Of a stretch of 64,000 nucleotides of DNA, positions 1 to 8,840 are shown piece after piece. The position numbers and the translations under genes are program-made. The stretch is from Vicinamibacterales bacterium. Lineage in GTDB: Bacteria; Acidobacteriota; Vicinamibacteria; Vicinamibacterales; UBA8438. Below the pieces are notes generated by a model, which ran no database searches, was not told where the DNA came from, and was given only the letters and a program-made list of their open reading frames with translations. The stretch is taken from assembly GCA_036012905.1 (NCBI GenBank), contig DASCQF010000010.1, forward strand, positions 7,991-71,990, given 5' to 3'. Within the stretch, counting starts at the first letter, position 1. Each line of letters opens with the position of its first letter.

Positions 1-460
1 AACGGTCGTGGGCCATTCGGTAGGACATGAACCCGCCATTCGAGTGTCCGAACAGCGCGATCCGTGAGTCGTCGATCGCGTATTCGGCCTTGACGGCGTC
101 GATGAGCCGGGTGAGGTAGGCGACGTCATCCACGTCGCTGCCGAAGAAATTACAGCAGGAGCTCGACGCGTTCCAGAAACGACTCCGTCTCTCGCTCGCC
201 TCCTCGGTGCCATCGGGGGCCACCAGGATGAAACCGTAGTCGTCCACCAGCCCGCTGAGGTTGAAGTACGCGTCCTGCTGCGCGCCGCTGGCGGTGTAGC
301 CGTGCAGCAGGAGGATCAACGGCGCCGGCGTCCCGCTATCGTAGCCGGCCGGCACGTGCACCGGCAGCTCGCCTCGACCCGCATCGATTGTCTGGGCGAC
401 GGCCGTACCCGTCGAAACCACGAGCAGCAGCATCATGAACGTGCAGCACGTCTGTCGCAT
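1..460 (-). CDS. Secreted PHB-depolymerase/LpqC-like esterase (runs off the window edge)
   Basis: Manual translation from ATG 460: MRQTCCTFMMLLLVVSTG signal peptide, PAPLILLLHGY, FWNASSSCC, VDDVAYL, and a GHSNGG nucleophile elbow. Confidence 0.85.
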   Translation of the reverse strand, partial: MRQTCCTFMMLLLVVSTGTAVAQTIDAGRGELPVHVPAGYDSGTPAPLILLLHGYTASGAQQDAYFNLSGLVDDYGFILVAPDGTEEASERRSRFWNASSSCCNFFGSDVDDVAYLTRLIDAVKAEYAIDDSRIALFGHSNGGFMSYRMAHDR

Positions 461-706
461 CGGTTCTAGTCCTCGTCGGTGTCGGAAGTGAACGGTCGAA
501 AGGAGCATTGTAGCGTCATCGGACATCGCGGTGTCCGCTCGTCGGGTGGGCGTCACGGAAGGGCCAGAGTGAGGAGCTCCGGGACCTGACCGCCAGCGGT
601 CAGCGCGACACAGACGACGAGCTGACGGCGCTCCTGGGCGTGCGCGCTCGGTGCCCATATCCGTGAGGCGCGTCTTCGAGCCTGGCGACGACGAGAGCAC
701 CGGGCC

Positions 707-1255
707 CTATCGTGGCTGCCTGGGGGGTAGCGTGCCCCCTTCGGCGAGGGTCTTCATGTTCTCGAGTGCTCTCGTGAACGCTCCGACCCTGCGCTCTCGG
801 TCCGCTTCCCGAGCAGCGTCGTCCGCCAGCATCGAGTTGTCGAAGATCAAGGTGTAGACCAGCTTCGACGTGGTCTCGGTCACCGGCCTCGCCTCGAGGG
901 TGCCGTGATAGAGGTTGTACGGTCGGTCCTCTCTGGGGGCCTGCGTGTAGGTGTAGGACAGCTCGGTCTTTCCGACGAGAATCTCGTTGCCGACGCTACG
1001 CACGGCACCGAACTCGTTTTCCGTGCCAGACGTGATTTCGCACGGAATTCCGAACCACTCTCCGATATCGCAATACCCTCCAACCCGCTCCCACACTTCG
1101 GGCGCGGGGCGGTCGATCTCGATCTCCAACGGAATGGACGTGTAGGTCGGTGAGGCGACCACGACACTGCCTGATGCCGTCTGTGCGCCGGCGGTGGTCA
1201 CGCAGGCAAGGGCGACCGCGCAGCCGGCACCGATGCGAGTAACTTGCTTCCGCAT
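707..1255 (-). CDS. Secreted SRPBCC/polyketide-cyclase-fold protein (MxaD-like)
   Basis: Signal peptide ending AGA-Q; IEIDRPAPEVWERVGGYCDIGEW START-fold start; YHGTLEARP; C-terminal helix. Confidence 0.7.
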   Translation of the reverse strand: MRKQVTRIGAGCAVALACVTTAGAQTASGSVVVASPTYTSIPLEIEIDRPAPEVWERVGGYCDIGEWFGIPCEITSGTENEFGAVRSVGNEILVGKTELSYTYTQAPREDRPYNLYHGTLEARPVTETTSKLVYTLIFDNSMLADDAAREADRERRVGAFTRALENMKTLAEGGTLPPRQPR

Positions 1256-1421
1256 GCGTTCCTCCAGATGGTTTGACTCTTCGGCTCGTGGCTGGACATT
1301 CTGTCACAGGTGGACCGGAGCCGCCCGGTGGGAGGAGCTGAAGACGCGGGTCCCCGTGCCGGGACCGAGCCGACCACGGCAACTGGAACTCAGGACCCGC
1401 GCCGTGGTCTACTCGCTTACC

Positions 1422-2138
1422 GTGATCATTGGCACGCTGAACGAGGGGCCGCTGCACCAGGCTCTGAAGGTGCAGTACGCCCGCCGATATGCAGCTTCCA
1501 GCCGCTCCTCGTCCGAGGTGCAGGTGGGCGACTACGTCGCCGACGTGCTCGGCGATGACAACGTGCTGTACGAAATCCAAACCGGCGGATTTGGCACCAT
1601 CAGACGCAAGCTCGAGCACTTGGTTGGCGAGCACAAGGTTGTTCTCGTGCACCCGATCGCGGCCGTTCGAACGATCGTCAAGGTGCCGGATGCGGCGGAC
1701 GCGGAGGCAACCCGGCGCCGTTCGCCGAAGCGCGGTCACCCCGCGCACGTGCTCGACCAGCTGGTGTACATACCGGCGCTGCTCGCCCACCCCAACTTCG
1801 AGCTCGAGGTGGTCATGGTCGAAGAGGACGAGGTGCGCGTGTTCGATCCGGGCCGCGTGCGCCGCCGCGGAGGCTGGCGGGTCGTACACCGACAGCTCAA
1901 CGCCGTCGTCGAACGCCACCGTTTTCGTTGCTTGGACGATCTGTTCGGCCTTCTGGAGGCGCCGCTGCCGGACCCCTTCACGACGCTCGAGTTGGCCGAG
2001 GCGCTGAATCAGCCGCGCCGGCTCGCGCAGAAAATGGCGTACGTCCTTCGCGAAGCCGGCGCTACTCGAATCTGTGGCAAGACGGGCAACGCGATGGTCT
2101 ATCGTCGCGCGCGCAAGGACGGCGCGGAAGCTTGTTGA
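1422..2138 (+). CDS. Conserved hypothetical protein, PD-(D/E)xK-like nuclease fold plus C-terminal winged HTH
   Basis: Likely GTG start at 1422 within ORF 1194..2138; GTLNEGPLH..LK..Y, EVQVGDYVADV...YEIQT, and FTTLELAEAL...LAQKMAYVLREAG..GKTGNA. Confidence 0.6.
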   Translation: MIIGTLNEGPLHQALKVQYARRYAASSRSSSEVQVGDYVADVLGDDNVLYEIQTGGFGTIRRKLEHLVGEHKVVLVHPIAAVRTIVKVPDAADAEATRRRSPKRGHPAHVLDQLVYIPALLAHPNFELEVVMVEEDEVRVFDPGRVRRRGGWRVVHRQLNAVVERHRFRCLDDLFGLLEAPLPDPFTTLELAEALNQPRRLAQKMAYVLREAGATRICGKTGNAMVYRRARKDGAEAC

Positions 2139-2288
2139 TCGGGATAAGCGGTTGCGCGCGCCAGGTCCAGCGAGGCTGCAGCCCGTGGCAAAGTCCTGGT
2201 CCTCACGGGGCCGTAATCACGTCGTTATCGAGGCGGTCGGGTAGAGCGAGTTCGTGCATCCCTCTCGTCGCGGAGCGTACCAAGGGGC

Positions 2289-3482
2289 TCAGAAACTGTA
2301 TCCGTCCGGCGAGTACGCGACGGCCCCTGGGAAGTAGACGTTCTCGATGATGGAGCGACCCATGTAGACGGGTGACGTCGCGGTCCTGTTCCGGGCCAGG
2401 GTCCGCATAAACGCGTTCTCGTCCTCCGGGGCCGGGATTCCCGCCTCCAGGCAGGTGCGGACGATGCCGGCCATCTCTTCGGGCTCGTCCCATTGCAGGT
2501 AGTGGCCGGCCGTCGGCAGGATCCAGTAGCTGCTCTCCACCGCCCGCTTGTCGAGGTAGGTGTACCAGATGTGATTGCCGATGCGGGGCGGGTTCACCGT
2601 GTCCTGAAGCCCCCAGATGAGCGCCGTCGGGACCGGGCTCTCGCGAAGGACGTCCAGCCAGCGGTACTCGTTCGCTGCCCTCTCCAGCAGGTACTTGCCG
2701 ACGTACGGACGAGCGCCGATCCCGTCGTTGAACGCCTGGATGTCAGCGTTGGCGACCCGTTGCGGCGTGCCTTCCGTCACCCGGGGCCGGACCTGCTGCT
2801 GTCGGGTCCGCTCGGGATCCGGCACTGCGCGCTGAGTGTCGTACTGCCCCTGGCTGAGGTTGGCCAGGGGAAGAAAGAGCCCACCGTTGGAGATGAAGTG
2901 ATAGGTGATCTCGTATGCCTTCTCCTCACGCGCCAGATAGTTGCCCAGAAAGGCGAAGCCGACACTGCCCCCACGATCGTGGGTCAGAAGATGGAACCGA
3001 GACAGTCCCACGATCTCCTGGACAAAGTGATCGACAAGCTTCGCGTCGTCCTCCAGCATGTACGAATAGCCGTCTTGAGGCTTGTCCGAGAAGCCGAACC
3101 CGGGGAAGTCGAGGACAGCGACGAAATAATCCTCTTCCAGAAAGGGAATCATCTCCCGAAAGTCGAAGCTCGACGTGGGATAGCCGTGGAGGATCACCAG
3201 CGCCGGGTTGGCACGGTTTCCAAAGGTCCGGTAGAAGACATTGACTCGACGGCCCTCGTTGTTGGGAGTCGTCGAGGTCCACTCGAAATACTCTCCGGAG
3301 CGGTACCATGCCTCGGCGAGCGGGGAATAGAGGGTGAAATCGGTCTGGGGGGCACGCGACTGCGAGCCGATCACGGTTGCACTCGCGTAGCCCTCCGCGT
3401 TGCCGTGTGAACCTCCAGCGGAGACGGGGCTCACTAGCGCCGGGCTCGCAGCCGCGAGCTTCAAGAATGATCGTCTATCCAT
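2289..3482 (-). CDS. Tat-exported alpha/beta hydrolase (epoxide hydrolase/MEST-like)
   Basis: MDRRSFLK twin-arginine signal; HGYPTSSFD, DFPGFGFSDKP, THDRGG (Asp nucleophile), WGLQD, GHYLQWD. Confidence 0.85.
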   Translation of the reverse strand: MDRRSFLKLAAASPALVSPVSAGGSHGNAEGYASATVIGSQSRAPQTDFTLYSPLAEAWYRSGEYFEWTSTTPNNEGRRVNVFYRTFGNRANPALVILHGYPTSSFDFREMIPFLEEDYFVAVLDFPGFGFSDKPQDGYSYMLEDDAKLVDHFVQEIVGLSRFHLLTHDRGGSVGFAFLGNYLAREEKAYEITYHFISNGGLFLPLANLSQGQYDTQRAVPDPERTRQQQVRPRVTEGTPQRVANADIQAFNDGIGARPYVGKYLLERAANEYRWLDVLRESPVPTALIWGLQDTVNPPRIGNHIWYTYLDKRAVESSYWILPTAGHYLQWDEPEEMAGIVRTCLEAGIPAPEDENAFMRTLARNRTATSPVYMGRSIIENVYFPGAVAYSPDGYSF

Positions 3483-3791
3483 GGCATCTACCTCGCAGCA
3501 GTTGGTCAGTCGGTCGGGGCGGCCCTTGCTGCCGGGCGCCCGTCACTTCACCGTCACCTCTCGTCCGGAAACGTTTCCAGAAGGCCGGTCTCGGGCCTCT
3601 CGGTGTCTTCCGCAGCCGTGCCCATTATGGCCGAACTCCGATACTTCTCTGGCTCTAGTCTGCGGCACCCTTAGAATGCCGACGCGCTCCGGAACTGTCA
3701 CTCGTCGCCGCCCGAGGGTGCCTGCCGTCGACAAGAGGAGGACTCGTGCGCAGTAATCCTGACCACCCAGGCGACCGCCATCTCGGCGAGG

Positions 3792-4136
3792 GTGCGGTGG
3801 GCCCCAATCCTGATCTTCGACCAAGAGGGAGAGTTCATCGACCAGTGGGCGCAGTTCGGCCGCCCGAGCGGTATCGCCTTCGACGACCAAGGCCGGATCT
3901 ACGTCTCCGATTCAGAGTCGGACGACTTCCAGAATCCCGGGTTCGAGATGGGTATTCGGGTCGGCGAAATAGAGACCGGCTGGGTTACCACGTTCATTCT
4001 CTATCCATGGGGCGATCCACGCGATCCGGGTGGCGGCACAGGTGCCGAGTTCGTAGCCGTCGACCGCGAGGGGAACATCTACGGCGGGGAGCCGCGTCCG
4101 CGACGGATCCAGAAATACGTGCGGGTGAGGCCGTAG
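3792..4136 (+). pseudogene. C-terminal fragment of an NHL-repeat protein
   Basis: ILIFDQEGEFIDQWAQFGRPSGIAFD..RIYVSDSES and VAVDREGNIYG cover only about 2 blades; no signal peptide or N-terminal blades. Confidence 0.65.
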
Positions 4137-4401
4137 TCGCCTCTGCGTTGTGCAGTGCTCCAACTCGCAACGTATTCCACGAGCTATCGTCTCCCTCTAT
4201 GCTGTTGAACCTGATGGGCTATACTCGCGACATACGGTGAGGATCGTGTCACCGGTAGGCTCCCGGCGCCTCTCGTGGAACCGGGAGGAGGCCGCTGCCA
4301 GGGACACCGCGCATGACCCCCACCACCGGAGCACCTGGGGCGTGAGCCGAGAGCGATCGCCCGTGACCCGCCCTGACCCTTCACTGCGGAGCTACCGCCT
4401 C

Positions 4402-5502
4402 ATGACTTGCAACAGACGTGCACTGTCCTTCGTCGTCACCGCCAGCTTGTTGGCAGGATCCGCCGCAGCGCAGGACATCGGCCCAACCGGCCCCATGCCC
4501 TACGATATCGTCCAGGATTGGGCGAAACCGTTCGCGAGTGAGGGATTCGCGTTCGGTGGCAACTCCGGCGTCTACGCCGAGTCCCCGGACCGTATCATCG
4601 TGCTCCAGCGGGGCGAGACACGGCTCCCCGACCCGGTGCCAGACGAGTTCGACGGCTGGGCGGGCCCGCTCTGGAACGTGCTCAGCGGCCGGGGACGCAC
4701 CTGGCAGAACTGTATCTACGTCCTCGATAGGGACGGTAATCTGATCGAGGTCTGGGACCAGTGGGACTACCTGTTCGAAGGCTCCGAGGGTCCAGGGCCG
4801 CACCGGATTCGCGTCAGCCCGTACGACCCCGAAAGAAGGATCTGGATCGTTCACGAGACCGCACACCAGATCTTCGTGTTGTCCAACGACGGCAGAGAGC
4901 TCCTGCGGACGTTCGGTGAGAGGAACGTCAGCGGCACAGACGAGGGCCACTTCGGCCTCCCGCAGGACGTTGGGTTCCTGCCCGATGGCCGTGTCCTGAT
5001 CGCCGACGGATACGAGAATTCCCGCGTCATGGTACTCGACGCAGATTGGAACTACCTGACGGAATTCGGGAGCCCGGGAGACGGCCCCGGCGAGTTCCAG
5101 ATCGTGCACAGCATCGCGATGGCACCGGGCGGCCGGATCCTGGTCGCCGACCGCGACAACAACCGGATCCAGATCTTCAGTGACTCCGACTACACGTACA
5201 TGGGGGAGATCCCCACCGGAGCCCTGGCCCTCGACATCATCGTGAGCGACGAGCGCGTGTTCGTGTCCGACGTCGGACCGCCCAGGCTGCGGCAGTTCGA
5301 TCTGGACGGGGACCCGGTCTACACGTGGTACGCGCCGGGCCAGGACTCGCCCAACTGGTTCCGCGAGATGCACTCCGTCGGGGTCGATCCGGAAGGAAAC
5401 TTCTACGCTGCGGACAATCAGAACGGTCGCATCATGAAGTTCGTGCCGAAGCCGGACGCCGATCCGCGACTGGTCGTGGGCCAGCCGTACGTCCCACGCT
5501 GA
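4402..5502 (+). CDS. Secreted NHL-repeat protein, peptidyl-alpha-hydroxyglycine alpha-amidating lyase (PAL) family
   Basis: ATG 4402 after GGAG; signal peptide AAA-Q; PHRI, ADGYENSRV, IVHSIA, ADRDNNRIQ, EMHSVG. Confidence 0.85.
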   Translation: MTCNRRALSFVVTASLLAGSAAAQDIGPTGPMPYDIVQDWAKPFASEGFAFGGNSGVYAESPDRIIVLQRGETRLPDPVPDEFDGWAGPLWNVLSGRGRTWQNCIYVLDRDGNLIEVWDQWDYLFEGSEGPGPHRIRVSPYDPERRIWIVHETAHQIFVLSNDGRELLRTFGERNVSGTDEGHFGLPQDVGFLPDGRVLIADGYENSRVMVLDADWNYLTEFGSPGDGPGEFQIVHSIAMAPGGRILVADRDNNRIQIFSDSDYTYMGEIPTGALALDIIVSDERVFVSDVGPPRLRQFDLDGDPVYTWYAPGQDSPNWFREMHSVGVDPEGNFYAADNQNGRIMKFVPKPDADPRLVVGQPYVPR

Positions 5503-5594
5503 AGTGGGCGAGCTCGAGACACGGAAGAATCGCTGGGACGTCGACGTGACGCCTGGGCACGAGGATATCAACGGCGTCGCCGTCGTCTCGCGTG

Positions 5595-5790
5595 CACCGC
5601 CCTCTTGGGTCACACGCACGGCGGCCCCCGTCTCGACGTCGTAGACCCACAAATTCCAGGACTCCCCGCCGAACACACTGACGGCCAGGCGGCATCCGTC
5701 GGGCGACAACCGCGGCCCGGCGTGTTGCCTGACCGGGAGGGGTAACGGCTCCTCCCGCCCTTCCCGATCGCGCCAGACCATCGAGGCAAT
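5595..5790 (-). pseudogene. Remnant of a PD40/TolB-like propeller (tail of an acidobacterial Ser/Thr kinase)
   Basis: MVWRDREGREEPLPLPVRQHAGPRLSPDGCRLAVSV..WNLWVYDVETGAAVRVT resembles LTWVDRQGREQPLGLPPRAYDWPRVSPDGRRAALSI in ORF 40933..42276; no start or end of its own. Confidence 0.65.
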
Positions 5791-5856
5791 GAGATCTTCC
5801 TGAGCTGCCGCGCAGGCAAGTCGAACTAGCCGAGCGATGCGGCGTCGCTGGTCCAG

Positions 5857-6384
5857 ATGCTGTCGTCGGCGAAGGTCGAGGAGTTCATATCGCCGGCACC
5901 GGCGACGCTCGACGAGGCGCGCGCCTTCATCGACTGGACCCACCGCGCCCGCCGGGCGGGCCGGTACATCTGCTTCGGTATCGTGCCACAGGGACAAACT
6001 GACGCGATCGGCATCTTCCAGATCTGGCCGGTCGAGCAGACCTTCCGGACCGCCGAGTGGGGGTTCGCAATCGGGCATCGATACTGGGGTTCTGGTCTCT
6101 TCATCGAGTGCGCCCGACTCGTCGCCGATTTCGCGTTCGAGACACTCGGCACCGCCAGGATCGAAGGTCGGGCAGCCATTGAGAACGAACGGGGCAACGC
6201 GGCCCTGCGCAAGCTCGGCGCCGAACCGGAGGGCCTGCTGCGCCGGTGTTTCGAGTGCAGCGGCGGCGTTGTGCGCGACCACATCCTCTGGGCGCTGCTC
6301 GACGACGACTGGCGCCGTGTGCGCCCGACGCTGACCCCTGATGGGCCGAGCAACAGACTGACAGAGAGCTGCCTGACTGACTGA
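5857..6384 (+). CDS. RimJ/RimL-type GNAT N-acetyltransferase, probably 5'-truncated
   Basis: AEWGFAIGHRYWGSG, RIEGRAAIENERGNAALRKLGAEPEG; in-frame PSDAASLVQ precedes the ATG but is cut by TAG at 5827-5829. Confidence 0.8.
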   Translation: MLSSAKVEEFISPAPATLDEARAFIDWTHRARRAGRYICFGIVPQGQTDAIGIFQIWPVEQTFRTAEWGFAIGHRYWGSGLFIECARLVADFAFETLGTARIEGRAAIENERGNAALRKLGAEPEGLLRRCFECSGGVVRDHILWALLDDDWRRVRPTLTPDGPSNRLTESCLTD

Positions 6385-6393
6385 CCGACCGAC
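6373..6393 (+). repeat. (CTGA)3 running into CCGA microsatellite at the GNAT stop
   Basis: ctgactgactgaccgaccgac; places TGA in all three frames. Confidence 0.6.
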
Positions 6394-6582
6394 AGGCTCG
6401 CAGACCGACCGCTGTCCTCTCTCCACTAGCCCCACCCAGTTGGCCCGCTGCAACAGCAGGCGAGTGCGATCCAAGAGAGGGACGAGCTCCCGGCCGGTTC
6501 CCGCCTGCACTACGCCGTCTGTGAGCGCCACCGTCAGGTTGGCACTACCCGGACTGGCCTCCGAAGCCAGACGATTGTCCGA

Positions 6583-6626
6583 GGAACAGAGTTTCGTGCG
6601 ACCGGCGCCCTTCGGGTGTATAAAGG
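6583..6626 (+). promoter_or_regulatory. 44-bp motif GGAAC..TTTCGTGCG..CGGCG..TCGGGTGTATAAAGG, copy 1 (upstream of VWA gene)
   Basis: 37/44 identical by eye to the reverse complement of 22089..22131. Confidence 0.6.
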
Positions 6627-6663
6627 GGCCAACCGGGGAAGCTAGAACGGAAATGAAGGAACC

Positions 6664-7662
6664 ATGAGAACCTGTCGAATGCTCGTCGGCGTAGCGGTGG
6701 TCCTCGCAGTTGGTTTCGGCGCGGTGGGCCGCGGACCCGCGGTCCAAGCTCAAGCGACGAGTCAGGTCGTCTTCGTGAGCGTGCTCGAGGGCGCATCTCC
6801 TGTTGTCGGTCTCACCGCGGAAGATTTCGTCGTGGAAGAAGACGGTGAGCCGCGCGAGATACTGGGCGCACAGCGGTCCACCGTCCCGATGCAGCTCGCC
6901 ATTCTCGTCGACGACAGTTACGGTCTGACGAATTCGTTGTCGCATATTCGTAGCGGCCTCAACGAGGTGATCGACGCCTTGCCCGACGGGCAGCAGGTCG
7001 CCTTGATCTCTTTCGGCGATCAGTTGCGAACCGTGGTGGACTACACCACCGACATGGCGCGGCTCAAGACAGCAGCGGCTGAGTTCGTGCTCTTTTCAGA
7101 GACGAGCTGGTACCTGACCCACGCCCTGGTCGAGACCGCCACAGATCTCTGGGAACGTGGAGCGATCCGACCGGTCATCATTCTTGCGACGTCGGAAGGG
7201 GCGAACACAGCGACGTCACGACTGCGCGCAGGCCGTCAGGGTGATGCGATCGTGTCACCGCAAGGGGGCCAGGGCCTGGCGGCCGACCGCGTCCTGGACG
7301 TGCTGCGTGAAACCAGGGTCGCCGTGCACACGCTGGTCGTTCGAGACACCGGAGTCCCTGCCTTCACGACGGGACCGGCTAGCGACGCCGGAACGCGGGG
7401 TGCCATTCTTGACGCGTTTGGAGATCGAGAACGGGCCTCACTCCTCCAGCAGCTGCCGAAGGTCACCGGGGGGCGCCGAGACGAGCTGGGCGATACATCG
7501 GCCTTGGCCGAGCTGTTCGCGCAAGTCGTACACGAGCTGTCCAACCAGTACGTGGTCGCGTATGCACGGCCCGCGGGGCTCATTCCGCCCGATGAGATCA
7601 GAGTCAGTGTGACCAGTTCAGGGATGACGGTCAGGAGCACGCCGGCACCACCGTTGCGGTGA
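6664..7662 (+). CDS. Secreted VWA-domain protein (acidobacterial VWFA type)
   Basis: Signal peptide; GLTAEDFVVEEDGEPREI; MIDAS-like ILVDDSYG; ELSNQYVVAY. Confidence 0.85.
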   Translation: MRTCRMLVGVAVVLAVGFGAVGRGPAVQAQATSQVVFVSVLEGASPVVGLTAEDFVVEEDGEPREILGAQRSTVPMQLAILVDDSYGLTNSLSHIRSGLNEVIDALPDGQQVALISFGDQLRTVVDYTTDMARLKTAAAEFVLFSETSWYLTHALVETATDLWERGAIRPVIILATSEGANTATSRLRAGRQGDAIVSPQGGQGLAADRVLDVLRETRVAVHTLVVRDTGVPAFTTGPASDAGTRGAILDAFGDRERASLLQQLPKVTGGRRDELGDTSALAELFAQVVHELSNQYVVAYARPAGLIPPDEIRVSVTSSGMTVRSTPAPPLR

Positions 7663-7684
7663 CGACGTTGCCAAGGGGTGTCAG

Positions 7685-8698
7685 TCAGCTAGCCCCGATC
7701 CAGTACATACAGCCGGGGCCGGCGCCGTCACCCATCGGCATCTCTTGTGTCACCTCGAGCGTGTTCAAATCCACCACCGCAACACGGTCGGCGGATCTCA
7801 GCCCAAGAAACGCACGAGTGCCGTCCGGCGCGACCAGCACCGCGCCGTCGCCCGTGTCCATCGAGCCCAGCGTCACTCTCTTGATTTCTGACCGTGAGGC
7901 CGCGTCCATCACCACCAGGGACGCCGCTTCGCCGTCGATGATCAGCACGCGGCCGTCTGGCGTGAACTTCAAGCGGTTCGCGTCCTTCAACCCCAGGTCG
8001 AGTGTCTCGACGACTCTCCGGCTCGCGACATCGATAATCGACACACCGCCGTCGTTCCGGGTTGCCGTCCAGATCTCCCGGCCGTCCGGCGACAGGTCGA
8101 TGCCCTCGGGCAAGTCTCCCGGTACCGGAATCACGGTGAGCGTCGACGCGGAGGGCCCGCCCATGACGCCCTCGATCATCGTGACCGAATTCGAGCGCGT
8201 GTTCGGCACGAACATGGTGTTCGTATCCTCGTCGAGCACGAGCAGGTGCGTTCCCTCCTGACCGATCTCGAGTGTCCACTCGATCTCATTCGTGGAAGGG
8301 TCGTAGCGCCCAATCGACTTGTGTCCTTCGATGGTGAAGTACACCTTGCCCTCGGCGAAAAGCACGTCGTGCGTCCGGCTGCCTGGGCCGGGATCGACCC
8401 GGCGGATCTCCTCCTGGGCGGCGATGTCGATGACCGAAATCCCGTCCACCATACTCGCCACGAACGCCAATCGGCCGTCGGCCGATGCCGTCACCTCGTG
8501 AGGGTCCCTGCCGGTCGGCACTCGTCCAAGCACGGCGCCGCTCGCGGGGTCGACGATCGCCAGAGCGCTGGCATCCCTGAGCAGGACCAGGAGTCGCCCG
8601 GGCGACGGCGACTGGGCGCTGGCAATGCCGAACGCGGCGACGACAGCGGCCACCGACAACGAGACGCCCCACCGCGGCACAGTCCTGACTCGGCTCAT
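7685..8698 (-). CDS. Secreted YncE/YVTN-type 7-bladed beta-propeller
   Basis: ATG 8698 after GGAGG; signal peptide; VPTGRDPHEV, GTHLLV, PEGIDLSPDGRE, RLKFTPDG repeats. Confidence 0.85.
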   Translation of the reverse strand: MSRVRTVPRWGVSLSVAAVVAAFGIASAQSPSPGRLLVLLRDASALAIVDPASGAVLGRVPTGRDPHEVTASADGRLAFVASMVDGISVIDIAAQEEIRRVDPGPGSRTHDVLFAEGKVYFTIEGHKSIGRYDPSTNEIEWTLEIGQEGTHLLVLDEDTNTMFVPNTRSNSVTMIEGVMGGPSASTLTVIPVPGDLPEGIDLSPDGREIWTATRNDGGVSIIDVASRRVVETLDLGLKDANRLKFTPDGRVLIIDGEAASLVVMDAASRSEIKRVTLGSMDTGDGAVLVAPDGTRAFLGLRSADRVAVVDLNTLEVTQEMPMGDGAGPGCMYWIGAS

Positions 8699-8776
8699 CT
8701 GGCACCTCCGTCTATGAAGATCTGGCTCGACTTCCGGAACAGCAACGGTTCCAGCAGGATAGGCGACCGAGAGTTG

Positions 8777-8788
8777 GCCGATTATACC
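8777..8788 (-). promoter_or_regulatory. Sigma70-type -10 element GGTATAATCGGC
   Basis: Same 12-mer lies upstream of several minus-strand genes (see findings). Confidence 0.6.
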
Positions 8789-8840
8789 TGTGCGATCCTC
8801 AAAGCGGCGAGGGATGGACCGGCCGCACCACCGTGGGGTA

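Noticed and set aside
4136-4401. Hairpins in the long leader of the NHL gene as a riboswitch
   Set aside because: Stems are present but no known aptamer consensus or U-rich terminator could be recognised.
4381-6945. 854-aa minus-strand ORF
   Set aside because: Antisense shadow of the NHL, GNAT and VWA genes in GC-rich DNA; only about 5595-5790 resembles a real protein remnant.
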